63,084 nt of DNA, filler included, from Rhabdomonas costata (GCA_019059605.1; 44 parts of 44 records of this genome joined end to end with filler, not necessarily neighbours in it); one strand, 5' to 3'; numbered from the whole stretch's first letter, positions 1 through 12,667 are shown. A program made the numbers and translations. Notes: a model not told the origin generated them from the letters alone.

Positions 1-652
1 TGTTGGTTGTTCGGGATGGCAGCGTTTTGCGGTGATGGCTCAAACCCCACCAAGGGGGGCCTCTTAGAAAATTTGCTTTGACGTGCACCGCCACGTTAGG
101 ACCCAAGTGTATGTCCCGGACAGTGTTCCGTCCGTCCGCGCCGCGGACTGGCTTCCAAAAAATAATCCTGCACTCATCAAAGCCCGCCCGGAACTAATTA
201 CCACAAACCAGCGGGAAAGTCCTGGGAAAGGAGCAAAGCGCTTTTTTCAGCACCCTTTCTCCTATAAGTGCCGTTAAACCGTATTGCCCCGCATTGTGGC
301 CTAGAACCCCATAGCATAGGATGACCGCCGTGTGGAACAGTTAGTGGTGACCTTAAGAGGTGTAAAGAAAGGGCACCCCGCTATCAGGCGGAACCGTTCC
401 TTGAGTTCGTGAATTCGTTGGTGCCGGAGTTTTAAAATCAACAATTCGAAGGTTGGGCCTCATGCAGATCTCGACTGTCATCCATCCGCGATCGGCTACC
501 TGCAACTGCCAGTGATCGATATGGGAAAACAGAAGAGTGCTCAAAAACAGGTCCGGGGCTTCCTCTCTCCGCTGCAATGAGTGAGCACTATCAAAGCCCA
601 CAGCATTTCTTTCGCCGGCTTTTTATGTTTTGAGCTCTTCTGGATTCCAAAG

Positions 653-959
653 GGCACTTCGCTTTGGTGGCGTTCGTGCCGATGACCCTGGTCACGCTGA
701 TCGCGCTGGCCTCCCTGTTTGTGGGGATTTCCCCGTCCTCGTTCCCGGGCCGGGTGTACATCGCGATCTTCAGCATGCTTAACCTGATCTCGCTGAGCTT
801 CCCTCTGTCGGCATGGCTCCCCGTGACCACCTACGACAACTTCGTGACCATGTACGACGCCATCAGCATGTTCTTCTGCTTCTGCGTCGTGATGGCCACC
901 ATCACGGCCTACGTCCTGAAGAATATCCACGAGAACAAGCCCAAGCCGGCCCCCCCTGA
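653..959 (+). CDS. Exon of a pentameric ligand-gated ion channel (pLGIC) transmembrane domain, M1-M3
   Basis: GHFALVAFVP (M1 proline), PGRV at the M2 start, LPVTTY in the M2-M3 loop (cf. LPKVSY of GABA-A/glycine receptors), then hydrophobic M3; GC3-rich codons; AAG acceptor 650-652, GT donor 960. Confidence 0.75.
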
Positions 960-1347
960 GTTCGTTTCCATTTCCCCTTTTGAACCACAAGGCCTGCAAT
1001 GGTTATCGATGATAACGGGAAGGGCCAATAGTTATGCCGGCGGCCTCTGAACGATGCATGATGTGACCCACCGGGTGGTAGACTAGCTTGGAGTTTTGCT
1101 TCGGTTGAGGGGTGGAAGATTTTGCAGGGGAATAGGGAGTGATGAAACGGGATTCCATAGCAGAGTTTGCAGGGGTTAGGAAGAGATGCACTGTCCCTTG
1201 GGATTCCAATCGAAGATTTAGCAGGGGAAACTGAGTTTAGTATGTAATATTCGGAGCAGAAGTCTTTTTTACTATGTTTTTATGCCGCTGGAGGGAGGCC
1301 AAAAACGGTATGGAAGTGATCTTTATGCCTCAAGGGCGGGGATTTTT

Positions 1348-1447
1348 NNNNNNNNNNNNNNNNNNNNNNNNNNNNNNNNNNNNNNNNNNNNTTAATTAAT
1401 TAANNNNNNNNNNNNNNNNNNNNNNNNNNNNNNNNNNNNNNNNNNNN
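1348..1447. other. Artificial contig spacer N44-TTAATTAATTAA-N44 (first of 43, recurring about every 1.45 kb up to 61636-61735)
   Basis: Identical 100-bp structure repeated throughout; six-frame stop/PacI linker; flanking sequences unrelated to each other. Confidence 0.99.
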
Positions 1448-2058
1448 GTGGGGTGGTTTTAGCGTTTTGCGGCAGTCTTAGGTTTGGAACTGTGTCAGGT
1501 TCGATTTTCCTCTAGATAGGTCCTCCTGGATCCGATGGGCGGGCGGAGTATCCCTGTGAGATATAAAGGACACATTTTGCCCTTCCTGATGATGTTGAGT
1601 GTGGGTGAAGAGCAAGGAGGACTGCAGAGATGGAAAAATGGAAGCTGCAATTGCTGTGGAATTTTTTAGCATCTCACCAGCCTATTTGATAGCCTGAGTC
1701 CTGATGAGGGGTAGGATGTCGCCTTACCCAGATGAGGCCGCTGGTCTGTGGCCTGTGGCCTGGTGGGAATTGGTAGGAGACGTTGTTCAAGAAGGTATCT
1801 TTCAGCGCTGCTGGCTATTTGCGGAATCCATGTTGAATCCATGTTGACCTTCCTAACAGGCACCTTATGACTTAGAGTAGGTCAGCGTGAAGGAACTGCT
1901 ACTATCAGAAACTGTTACGTTTTGAAAGACATTTCACCGATGCATTGCTGTTGACGCACTGCCTTCCCAACCCTAACGACAAGTGACGCCTCGCCAGCGT
2001 TGAAAGTGTCGGTGTGTGTGTGTGTGGATATTTTCCTTCTCAAAGTTGCTTTCGCTAG

Positions 2059-2795
2059 GTGTTTTGCCACCCGAAGTCACCGAGACAGCTCACCGGCTTT
2101 CTTGTACATTGTTTCGATTGCGTTTGCCATCGCTGAGCGTACTCGGCTTGTGGTTCCCCGTCTTGCTTTGCGTCAGAGATCTCTGTCCCTTGGCTATTGC
2201 ATTTCCCGAGTTCTCACCGATAATGAGCTTTTCTTCCCTTGGTGTCGAGCTGCAGTGCAAGCGCTCGGCTGCGTGCGCTGCATCTCAAAATGGGCATGTT
2301 TACGTTTTTGGAGGATATGATGACGCGGCGGAGTTTGCCACTTGCGAAGTCTATGAAGCTAGCAGCAACACTTTAGCGATGCTTCCCAGTGCGATGTGCA
2401 GCGTGCGCGATGCTGCCTGTGCTGTTGCCGAAGGAGGCCGAATTTTCATCTTTGGAGGACATGACGGCCAGGCACTCTCCAGCTGTGAAGTGTTTGATCC
2501 CCTCAGGAAGACTTTCACGAAACTCCCAACAGCGATGTGCAGCAAGCGCGATGGTGCCTGTGCCGCTGCCCAAGGCGGCCGCGTTTTCATTTTCGGAGGA
2601 AGAGAAACCCCCCGGTATCAATCCAGTTGCGAAGTGTTTGACCCAAGCAGCAACAGCTTCGCGCTGCTGCCGACGGAGATGTGCAGCAAGCGGTACGGTG
2701 CATGTGCCGTAGCTCTGGGAGGTCGAATTTTCATCTTTGGAGGACGTGACGGCAGCGCGTACCTGTCCAGTTGCGAAGTGTTTGACCCCCCCCAC
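2059..2795 (+). CDS. Kelch-repeat protein (partial, about 4 blades, truncated by contig end)
   Basis: Repeats of 47-48 aa: R..ACA...GGRIFIFGG.DG...SSCEVFDP; TAG acceptor at 2056-2058 is tentative. Confidence 0.92.
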
Positions 2796-3898
2796 NNNNN
2801 NNNNNNNNNNNNNNNNNNNNNNNNNNNNNNNNNNNNNNNTTAATTAATTAANNNNNNNNNNNNNNNNNNNNNNNNNNNNNNNNNNNNNNNNNNNNGTGGG
2901 TGTGGCGCGGTGCTTTTAGCTGGAGAGCATTGAGGCTTTTCAGAGAAAAAAGCCTAAACTAAGTTGCTGGTCGGGTTTTCTTCTTGCATTTGGTAGATTG
3001 GTCAGTTTGGGTTTGCTACTTCCTTGGCCGTGTTCACAGTTCGTACGAAAGGAAAAGGCAACAATTTACAGCAAAAGCAGAAACTGTAAGATGCAATGAA
3101 GAAAAAGGCCAGTGAGGTTTTGAATAACAGAGACTGATATCCTATCAAGATTTTAATCAATTGTGGGTTTGAAGACCTCTGGGCAGTGACATTCACAACT
3201 TTTACCAAGGTTATTTTCGGTTGGTACTCAAACCCAAGCTTTTTCTTCTGTTGAGACCTTTGGTCAAGGTTGTGCGTGATACCTCATCTCTATGACGGGT
3301 GTTGCACCTTTTGCCCTGGATGACCTCGACTGGGCTAGAATAGCTCAGCTGCTTCCCGCGATTGAACCCTCTGATGACGTTTTGGAGGATCTGCTGCCTG
3401 CGCCTTCTTCGAACTTAGCGAGTATACTTCCAGACTTTGGTGTTACCACAGAGATATCGACTCCTCCACCACCGTCCGAAGGTAGCTGTGGGTCAATTGT
3501 TTGTTACTTTCTGGACTACCCTGCTATGCTGATCTGCGCAGTGGTTGCGCTGTTAGACTGTTTGTTTGCGGTTTAGTAAATGTGCGAGAATCCAGACCTG
3601 TGACATCAGAATTCAGGTTCGAGGTCTGGTCTTTTCGTTGGGGGGGGGGCGTTGAACGGAATACCCTGAAGAAACTGGCCCCCTAAAGATCGTGATTTAA
3701 GACCAAAATTCACTGCCTCGAATTTTGGTCCGGGTGAGCGTTCTTCTTTTTTTCAAACCTTTTTTATGTGTACAGCTGAACTGGCTGCGGCTGCGGCCAT
3801 ACATCCCAGCCTGTTTCGCCGTCGGCTGCATTACCTGTTCTCCCCTGAACAATGCCCTGAACTTGACAGTGGCCTTGGTGTGCTGCGTTGGTTGGGCT

Positions 3899-3931
3899 CG
3901 GCATCGGCATCGGCATCGGCATCGGCATCGG
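3899..3931. repeat. (GGCATC)5 hexamer microsatellite
   Basis: Direct read of tandem units. Confidence 0.95.
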
Positions 3932-3960
3932 GATTAAACCTCAAAAATAGAAAATATAAG

Positions 3961-4112
3961 GATAGTTACACCCCCAAAACTCAGAAGAACGTATGTGACG
4001 TATGTCAACCTGGAGTCGTCAGACCCTATATAATTGCCATCGTCTTCAGCAGGATGGTTATATGGTCCCGCGACTCCCCCTGCCATCTTGGATCGCACCC
4101 ATATTAAGGAAA
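3961..4112. repeat. Dispersed ~150-bp repeat, copy 1
   Basis: Aligns by eye with 13782-13925 on another contig (shared blocks gatagttacacccc, tcaacctggagtcgtcagaccc, attgccatcgtcttcagcaggatggttat, actccccctgccatcttgg). Confidence 0.9.
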
Positions 4113-4616
4113 CTTTTGGCAACGCTGTTTTTGTCGATCCAGGGCCACTCTCTTGTGGTCTTGCCACTGTTTGCGTTTTGTTTCCAACCTCGGACTTTGT
4201 AACAACCTTGGGTATTCTTCTGGAAACCTTCGACCAACCCCACNNNNNNNNNNNNNNNNNNNNNNNNNNNNNNNNNNNNNNNNNNNNTTAATTAATTAAN
4301 NNNNNNNNNNNNNNNNNNNNNNNNNNNNNNNNNNNNNNNNNNNGGTTTTTTGTGGATGGTGAGAAGAGCAAAGGAGATAGTGAAGAACGGCAAAACACCG
4401 CAGGCGCAACAGACCTCAAGCTAGGTCGGTGCTTGGGAAGAAGAGCTTGTCTTAAGGTTAGCATTACCAAAGCGAACCAGTTTTTTGCAATTCACCATGC
4501 TGCTCTCTCACTGGAACTCAGTAACTCCCCAAAAGAAAGCCACTCCACCTCACTGTTCCCGTTGCAGTTCCCCTTCTCGGTTTTGCACTTCTGATTCTTG
4601 GTTTTGTGAAAGAGAG

Positions 4617-4786
4617 ATGGAGGGTGGGGGAGGCGGCGCAGACTCTGGTGTCGCAGCTCCCTCCAAGCCGGAGTTTGTGAGCCCACAGCTCCCAACCTCA
4701 TCCTCGTATGCCCCCCACCCAGCTCTCCTGTCAGCATATGGCAACCCATACGAATCATCAAAAGTAGAGGCCGGTGAACCTGGGAA
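4617..4786 (+). CDS. Probable first coding exon of a hypothetical protein (MEGGGGGADSGVAAPSKPEF...)
   Basis: ATG after a pyrimidine-rich tract; ends at GTGTGT donor 4787. Confidence 0.4.
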
Positions 4787-7700
4787 GTGTGTTTCTTAGA
4801 ACGTGCGACTCGAGACGGTAACCCCCCACACACACAAAAAAAAAAGTCACAGTATCATATGGTGTGCCCAGGACGCGTTTATATGGTTGTAGAATGTCTT
4901 GGGTGGATATGTGGTATGGGAAACAGGAAAGAAAAACAAAGAAGATCGCACTTCTCGGAGCTGACCGGAAAATTGACCAAAAGATGGATGGGCATTGTCC
5001 CCCTTCACACCATGGGCACACATTCTCGAAACCGCACGGGCAGTGCATCAATGCTCAATGGCAGCTCGAGGGATGCTGCGTGGGACCGCGTTGACCTGGG
5101 CAAACGATGGCTGTGGATCCTTCCTTTTAGCTGACTCCACACACACAGGAAGAAGTCCGGCAAGGTGAGGTCGGGGGTTCGGGGTGGTCACGTAGTGGTG
5201 CTCCAGCGGGAAATATTTTTTCCGGAATTGTCTCCTCCCAGACAAGAGCAGACACCCGTGATGATGTTGGCACCCATCCTGCTGGAACCACGCGATGCAG
5301 CTGCAGCTGCTGCTTGTATGGTTATATTGTCTCGAATGACACGCCCACTCGGACGGAGTGACCGAGTGGGACGGTCGTGACGAAGCCGCTTTGGAGCGGC
5401 GGCTCCCACACTTCTGCCGGGATGTGAGTTTAGCCTCTGCCGTAGGATCCTCCGAACAGTGCTCCTGTTACAGCAATGAGGAAGATACGATGAGGAAGCC
5501 AGTTAGACCGGACAGCCTCTTCGTTGAACCAGGGTCTTGGTGTATGCACTGCAGGCATAGCATGCCCCACCGCTGTGACCTTGTGAGAGAAGAACTTCAG
5601 CGCCAAATCCAAATCCAAATCCCGAGCAGATCACCTTACTCCCACCTTACTCAACTAATTGCAAAAAGTAAGCTCGGTGTGTGTGCGTGTGNNNNNNNNN
5701 NNNNNNNNNNNNNNNNNNNNNNNNNNNNNNNNNNNTTAATTAATTAANNNNNNNNNNNNNNNNNNNNNNNNNNNNNNNNNNNNNNNNNNNNGGGGTTGTG
5801 TGTGGATGTGCTCTGACGTTCCGCGGTCGAGTTCTCGCTCCCAACTCTAGGAGCAAACATTCGGACAGAACATTGCCCTGCCGTGGGCACGCTGACTCCT
5901 GAAATGCTCGCATTCTGCGCACTTCTCGTGTGTTTGCCTGTGTCTGTGAGGTACTCAATAGAGATGGAGAGGGAGAGATAATCCTGAGGAACCCTCGCAT
6001 GCTTCTTGCGCTGCCTAGTATCTCCGTGGCGTTTTGGTGTTGGTGAGCTCGCCCCATCCCCGACTAGCCTTTTTTCTTTCAGTGTGGTTCTGCTCTTTCG
6101 GTTCATTTTCTGTCCAGCTGTCTAGCGGCCTTGTCCCATGTGCACCAGCTCTTTCGGTTTGCTGTCCTGTCCCTATTTTTCTTTTCCTTTAGTTCCTCCT
6201 TCTCCTCTTCCTCTTCATATGCAACCAGAGTGGAGGCCTCTTCGTGGGGGACAACCTGTGCGAAGGAATAAGACGCCTTTGCTGTCTCCCAGGGAGGGCC
6301 TGAAAGCTCTGCCGTCCGAAGGGTGCCTCCTTGTCGTCTCTCCCTTTTGCGCGAGAGGCTGTGGTCGGGAGAGATAAGAGAGCCACCACCCGCTGCCTGT
6401 TGCCGTGCGCTACGTGCTCCGTTATTTTGGCGGAGGCTGATAACAACAGCCTCAGCCTCTCACTCCCTCACTCCAAATATATATCCCGGCTGCACTAGAA
6501 AAGTGAGGCACGACATGTGCTCACACATATGAGAGTTGAGACTGCCCCAGTCTTCCGCCCAGGCGCTTGCCGTGCCTTTCTGAAGCCTCCCCCACTCCGT
6601 TTTCACCCGCTTACGGACACATACTGCACAGAGTGTTCTTTTCGCTGCTTCACCTTTTCTTTTCGGGGGGGGGGGTTACCAGAGAGCTACCAGAGTATCC
6701 GTCCCCCTTTTCAGATTGAGGCAGGACCACAGTGTCCCTGGGTTGGCGACACTTCGCCGCTCTGTTGCCCCTGCGCATCAAAAATGTTTTGCGTTCACCA
6801 TCCGAGGACGGGTTTTCTTTCTCTCACAAACTCTACACACTGGCAGAGCAACACATTTGAGCTCGTTTGTGTCCTTCCGCTTGCTTCTCCAAAGTGTGTT
6901 GTTGCGTTTGTGTATAGGTGTGTGTGTATGTGTGCGGTGAGGCAGCAGGAGAGTCTTCTTAAGCCCGCAGGAAATAGAAAGTACTTCCATCAAAGCAATG
7001 CCTTGTGTCATAGGTACAGCGCATGGTGTCGCGGCGGCGGGAGATTCTCGTCTTTTCTTCTGCATCGGGTGAAGGTTCTCTGCCTTCTCCGCTTGCTTGC
7101 TTCTGTGCTCCCTTCTGCCTGCCTGCAGCCTAGGCTGTTNNNNNNNNNNNNNNNNNNNNNNNNNNNNNNNNNNNNNNNNNNNNTTAATTAATTAANNNNN
7201 NNNNNNNNNNNNNNNNNNNNNNNNNNNNNNNNNNNNNNNTTGTGTTTTGTGAAGAACGATGCCAATGCGGTTGATAAGCAGCAGTAAGTTTGCAATGCAG
7301 CTGGAGTCCAAAGACTGAAAGACTGCGTTTTACCTGCTATTCTCCGCTCTTCCTTTAGCCTTTTCCTTTCCTATTACTGGTCAAGCCTTCATCGCTGTCT
7401 TCATTCGCAATCAAAGCATTGCACGAAACGGATAGCTCATGGGTCTTCCTATGGAAAACTCACGTTTATAATTTCCTCTTTTAGGTTCCCATCAGCGTGA
7501 TCGGAGAGGGTGTTCCCTTGGTCCTCTCCCGGGATATGCCCCGCGCGGTGCCTGGTAAACTGTGATTATGCCTTATTTCGCTGCGGCGGCCCCCCATGCC
7601 GCTGCTGTGAAAATGCTCCTGTGTGCCCCTGTGCGTTTCCTTGTGCGTGAGTGAGTATTGCTTGTGTTCTGCATGGTTTCTCCCGGACGGCATGTCCTGG

Positions 7701-8327
7701 ATGTTTGGTAAAGCACCCCTGTGTGTTTTTGTTTGCAATGGAGTGCAGATTTCTGCCGTGTGGCGGGGATGAGGGGTATCTGACTTTCGAAGGACCTGCC
7801 ATGAAACCCCCCACGTGCTGGAAAAAACAAACCTGAACTCCGGTGCTTTTAGCTAAAGTGGGGCGGTAGCCAGCGTACCACCATCTTGATGCCTCGCGAC
7901 AAGCTCATCCCTTTAGGCGTCAATTCGTGGTTCCGTTGACAGAGAATCATTCGTGTGGCCGGGGTAACCAATGTCGCAATGCCTGTCTGGTAATGGCTGG
8001 ATGGGGCTTGGATACCACACATAGACCAGGCGAAGACCAGGCGCAAGAGGCTTCTGGGACGCGTTTTGTTTGAACGATACAACTCCTCTGTGTACGCTTC
8101 CAGCCTCTTCCAGCATGGGTCACGCGAACTGGAACTGGGTTTAAGCGGTGAACAGTTGGCAGTGGTACTCTGGAATGACGTGATGAAGCTGCACGTAAAG
8201 CGACCCTTTCCTTATGCGCAGTGTGGATTCTGCAGCTTTGAGTCTCTCCCGTCGAATGCCTGTTGACACACCTTGGCTTTGGCAGCACAGCAGGAGGCTG
8301 TGGGCGAGCGGGGGCGACGCTCTGCAG

Positions 8328-8490
8328 GGCTCGGGCTACCTCCTGCCGAAGACCTCGCTTCGGCTCACGCTGACAATGGTGGGCCTGTACCTCTTCGCTG
8401 TGGTCCCGCAACTTCGGGTCTTCTTCAGCCCCAACGCCTACCTCCCCGCGGCCGTGGGAGCGGTGCTGCTGGGAATCCCGACCACCATCG
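8328..8490 (+). CDS. Exon of a multi-pass membrane protein, family unknown
   Basis: CAG acceptor, GTTCGT donor, GC3-rich codons, two hydrophobic segments (LTLTMVGLYLFAVV; LPAAVGAVLLGIP). Confidence 0.55.
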
Positions 8491-9133
8491 GTTCGTGCGG
8501 ACGTGGGAAGAAGGCAAAATAAAAGGCGTCTCTTGGGTGTGCGGAGTGGCAGGCTTGCAATCACGGACACACTCACACACCAACCCNNNNNNNNNNNNNN
8601 NNNNNNNNNNNNNNNNNNNNNNNNNNNNNNTTAATTAATTAANNNNNNNNNNNNNNNNNNNNNNNNNNNNNNNNNNNNNNNNNNNNTTGTGTTTGTTTTC
8701 TTCCTGTTTGTTCCTGAAATTGTGACATATGATTGAAATTGTGGTTCATACCTGCACCGTGGTGAGGGAATTGATGGTGAAGTGCTTGGCTGCAGCTGCA
8801 GCGTCATTGCGGGAAACCATGCTTGCGACCGTGGAATCTGGGCGGAGTGATCCTTGCGCCCCCTCCCCCCTCTTCCCGCCCTCTGCCCTCCCTGATGAGG
8901 ATAAGGATAATACGGTGTAACTCCTCGAAAGGGCTGTCACATTCCGGATTGCAGAGTACCTATATTGGCGTCAGACGACGCAGTCCCGACCCTAGGCGCG
9001 CGGCTGTGGGGCCTACAGTTTGAGGTTTCTGTATTTGAAAGAACGCACAATTAGCAGGCTGTTCCCAGATATTTCGGTTCTTCAGTGGTGGGCCGGTTGA
9101 AAGGGTTTCGTCATAGGGTGGGTGGGGGTGCAG

Positions 9134-9698
9134 ATCCTGTACATGATCTCCGTGGTGGAGAGGCGGCTGAATCAGGTTGGTCGGAAGACCGGCATGGCTG
9201 AGGTCTTCCTACGGCACGAGCTGTGCGTGAACCACCTCATTCCTGCGCTGATCGTCATCTATGTGGACGTGGAAAATCTGGGCGGTTTGTGAGTGCGTTA
9301 GCACCATCCAAGCCCAATGCAGACGTGATCAACAACAGGCAGAACAGGCAACCAAATGACCTTTTGGTCCCGTGCCATACATTTTTGCCAGCTCCTTGCA
9401 AGGTTTTTTGTGTGTGTGTGAACCATGATCTCGTTGGAATCCATCATGGCAGTACAAATGCTTGCTCACGCCTTGTCCCTCGACCAGGCCCGGCTTCGGG
9501 TCCCTTCAGTACTATTTCTTCTTTGAAGTACGCAGGGTCTTTCCGTCTTTCCGCTGTCGCTGCCCCGCATATAGAGGTGGCTGGTAGCTAAGTGAGTCGC
9601 AACACCCTTGGTTTACGCCTGGTTTTGCGGTGAATTGCAGGCCACAATCAGTTCTACGAGAAGTTCACCCCCCGGTTCTACATCTCCGAACTGATCAA
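9134..9698 (+). CDS. UFD2: U-box E4 ubiquitin ligase UFD2/UBE4, two exons (9134-9284, 9641-9698); missed by the ORF track
   Basis: Spliced HLIPALIVIYVDVENLG/GHNQFYEKFTPRFYISELIK matches the Ufd2 core motif L..FYVDVE.TG...QFYDKF..R; phase-1 GT-AG intron 9285-9640. Confidence 0.85.
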
Positions 9699-10231
9699 GT
9701 CCATTCCCATCCCATACCCACCCTTTTGTCTTGTTGCCCCGAGGGTTCTGGCGACTTTGGCCTCCTTCTAATCATTTGCCTTCGAGATAGCTGAAGGCTC
9801 GGTCCAAGGAAAGCCACGCGAGGAGTGGTTGAGAGGTGGGGGATGAGCCTCCGTCCCTGTTGAAAAGGTACCTTTGGGAGAACCCGATCTACAGGCTGGC
9901 CTTCGAACGCGAGTCCAAGCTCAAGCTGCAGTATAGCGTGCTTTTTTTCCCATCTGCCTATCTCTGCGTGCTGTGCGTGTGTTTTCTTACTCTTTTGCGA
10001 TGAATCTTTGAAGCCAGCCAAGCCAACCCAACCNNNNNNNNNNNNNNNNNNNNNNNNNNNNNNNNNNNNNNNNNNNNTTAATTAATTAANNNNNNNNNNN
10101 NNNNNNNNNNNNNNNNNNNNNNNNNNNNNNNNNCAAAATTCTCACTTTTGAGGTGACTCGGGCAATATTTGGAGGACCCCACGCTGAACATTGAACATTG
10201 AACTTCACCCCATGTTGACGCAAACCCTCAG

Positions 10232-10420
10232 AGCCTGCACTTCCTGGTGATGGAAGAGTGGAGCTGCCGCGGGGAGGCCGAGGTGGCCCTTCTGCGTGTG
10301 CACCGCACGGTGTGCGAGCAGCAGTTGTGCGGGGCCCACGAGGGCGCTGCCCGTGTGGGCGTCGAAGCCGAGGAGGCCCGACACCGCGTGCAGCTGGCTG
10401 AACACTGCGCCCAGGCTGAG
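10232..10420 (+). CDS. Exon of a Glu/Arg-rich coiled-coil protein
   Basis: CAG acceptor and GTTGGT donor, 63 codons phase 0-0, GC3-rich; EAEEARHRVQLAE pattern. Confidence 0.55.
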
Positions 10421-12098
10421 GTTGGTGAGGGCGTGGACAGAAGGAGGTGGTCTTTTTGTTTGGGCCTTTGAATTTTGTGGTGGAAAAGCCATGGATGGTA
10501 TGTAATCGAGTGCCTATGCCTGAGGCACGTGGCGAGTCCAGTCCAGTGTTGTGTGGTGAACCGGTGCTCTGCGGCTAACAACAGGATTTATGGGGGATCT
10601 CCGCGCGAGTGCTCTGTTGCGTCATTCCAGGGAACATCGTCCGGGTTAATGCTTTCTGCCTTTTCCATTCAGCCCTCAGTGCCAGAATCATTCCAAAGCA
10701 GTTTGGCGAAAGAGGGGCGGGTGCCACGGGTGGTTTATTTTTCCAAGTTGACCTCTGTGCACTGATCTGGTATTTGGCTAAGCTCCCAGATGCTTAAGGG
10801 TTTTGATATGGTTTGACCGCCGCAAAGTGCGAGGGGAACCGTAGGACTTTCACAACCGGAAAAAGGCATTGCCTGTGCCATTATCATTTCCTTTTTCTGC
10901 TGGCTACTTCCCACTCGATAGTGGTTTCCTCCCATATGCCTCCGTCGTTCTCATGCTCTCTTCTTTTTCATCCCATCAGCCCGTGTAACTTTGTGGATTG
11001 TTGCAAATCGCTTTATCGAATGCCTTCACCTTTTACACCATCTGTGGGCGACACTTGGAAAAAAAAACGAAGGCATTATAAGGATAATCCGGAAGAAGTT
11101 CTTCTCTTTCAGATGTGCCCGCGAACTGGTCTGTTGGTCAAATCGAGCACCACGGTCACAACACTATCTTTCTCCCGTGAACAAGGGCATGCGTTGCTGT
11201 CTTACCCAGGGTCAGAGAGAATTCTANNNNNNNNNNNNNNNNNNNNNNNNNNNNNNNNNNNNNNNNNNNNTTAATTAATTAANNNNNNNNNNNNNNNNNN
11301 NNNNNNNNNNNNNNNNNNNNNNNNNNTTGTTTTGTGAGTACATTTTGAGGACTTTCCACAGGGTGTGGTGGATGAAGAAAGTTCACAAGATGATGCTTGC
11401 GGAGAGGTAATGTTGCGTCCAATTGTAGGACGAGACATTTGTTTTAGAGGTTAGTAGTTTTTTTCATCTTCAAATGTTAAGTTCGTCTACAGCTTGTTGG
11501 AGAAAGCGTGCCAAGTCTCTAGAAATACAATTTAGAGCCTCAAAACATACTAACACTTGAGACACCCATATTTATGATGGGGATAGTTACAGGATGGATA
11601 GTGTATGATCGGATAGAGTGGTCAATTGGAACACACCACAATAGGAGGTGGCGCTTTTCCTCAAAGAGCGACCATCAAAGCCACAGAAACGGACAGGCTC
11701 AATGTCAGTTGCAATGCGTGACACTCGCGCTTAGCTTTCGGGCTGAAAGACGCCTTCTCTGGTACTCGTTTGCGTTGATGGAGTCTTGTAATTTGCAGGA
11801 CTGGTTTCTGGATCGAATAGCGGTTTTGCAAATTTCTGTGCCGGACGGGAGGTTAAGGCTCAGTAGATGAAACGGTATGCTGGACGTGTGGCCGTTGATG
11901 CCATCGCATTAATGCGGTGGTCAAGACAATTTGCACTGATGTTTTTTGGAATGTAAGTCAGTGTGGTTTTGTGGGACCAATACTAGAAGTTCCGGCCATA
12001 AAGTATGTGTGTATGGGCCCCTGCTTTATGACGTTTCTTTTTGGTCAAAAAGCCGTAAGATAAAACGCGGATAAAACGGCGGTGAGTAGTGTAATTAT

Positions 12099-12667
12099 GA
12101 TGACACCCCGTATCAATTGTATTATGTGGACACCCACTATCAAGTGTATTTTGGGGACCCCCCTGTTTTTGGTGTATTTAAAGGACTCAAGGTAGAAATT
12201 TTGATGCATTTTACGGACCAAAGGTTTTCCAAGCAGGAAAATACATTGGCAAGTTGGGTGTCCAACGTTTTCGGTGTATTTTACGGACCCAGGATTTTTT
12301 AACACGCTGTTGCTTGAGATTTCCTTGCGCGCGGCAAAAGAACGTGAATGTGTACCTGTTACCACTATCCGATTAAAAAGAAGGAAAAATGACTGCAAAA
12401 GACACACCGGGTAGACAATGGAAGAAGAAGCTCTAATCAAATACTTGCGCGCCGTAGCTTCTTCGGACTTGTCACGGGCATCGCCCGCTAACGCCGGCAG
12501 GATCTTCTGACTGTCCAACGCGTCCATCGGCTGCCTACAGCTCGAATGATATCCTGACTTGTCCCTGAGGCAACGGGCAAAAGTATCTTGCGGACTTAGT
12601 CCTTCCTTATTTCGGCCACACCAAAAACATGGGGGTCCCCAATATAAACTTGATAAGGGGCTCCACA
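12099..12667. mobile_element. MITE/foldback-like element with imperfect long inverted repeats
   Basis: 12126-12177 vs reverse complement of 12617-12667 share tgtgga..cc..tatcaagt.tat.ttggggaccccc.tgtttttggtgt; ~27-bp tandem subunits at 12103-12160. Confidence 0.6.

Noticed and set aside
3939-3988. Minus-strand cttctgagt...tctattttt resembling the euglenid spliced leader; also ttttttttcg at 42797-42806
   Set aside because: The two halves are about 25 nt apart with no SL RNA donor or Sm site; the second lies in the primer-derived contig end
9175-9220. QVGRKTGMAEVFLR resembling the myosin GKTKVFLR motif
   Set aside because: The same frame continues into a clear UFD2 motif across a canonical intron
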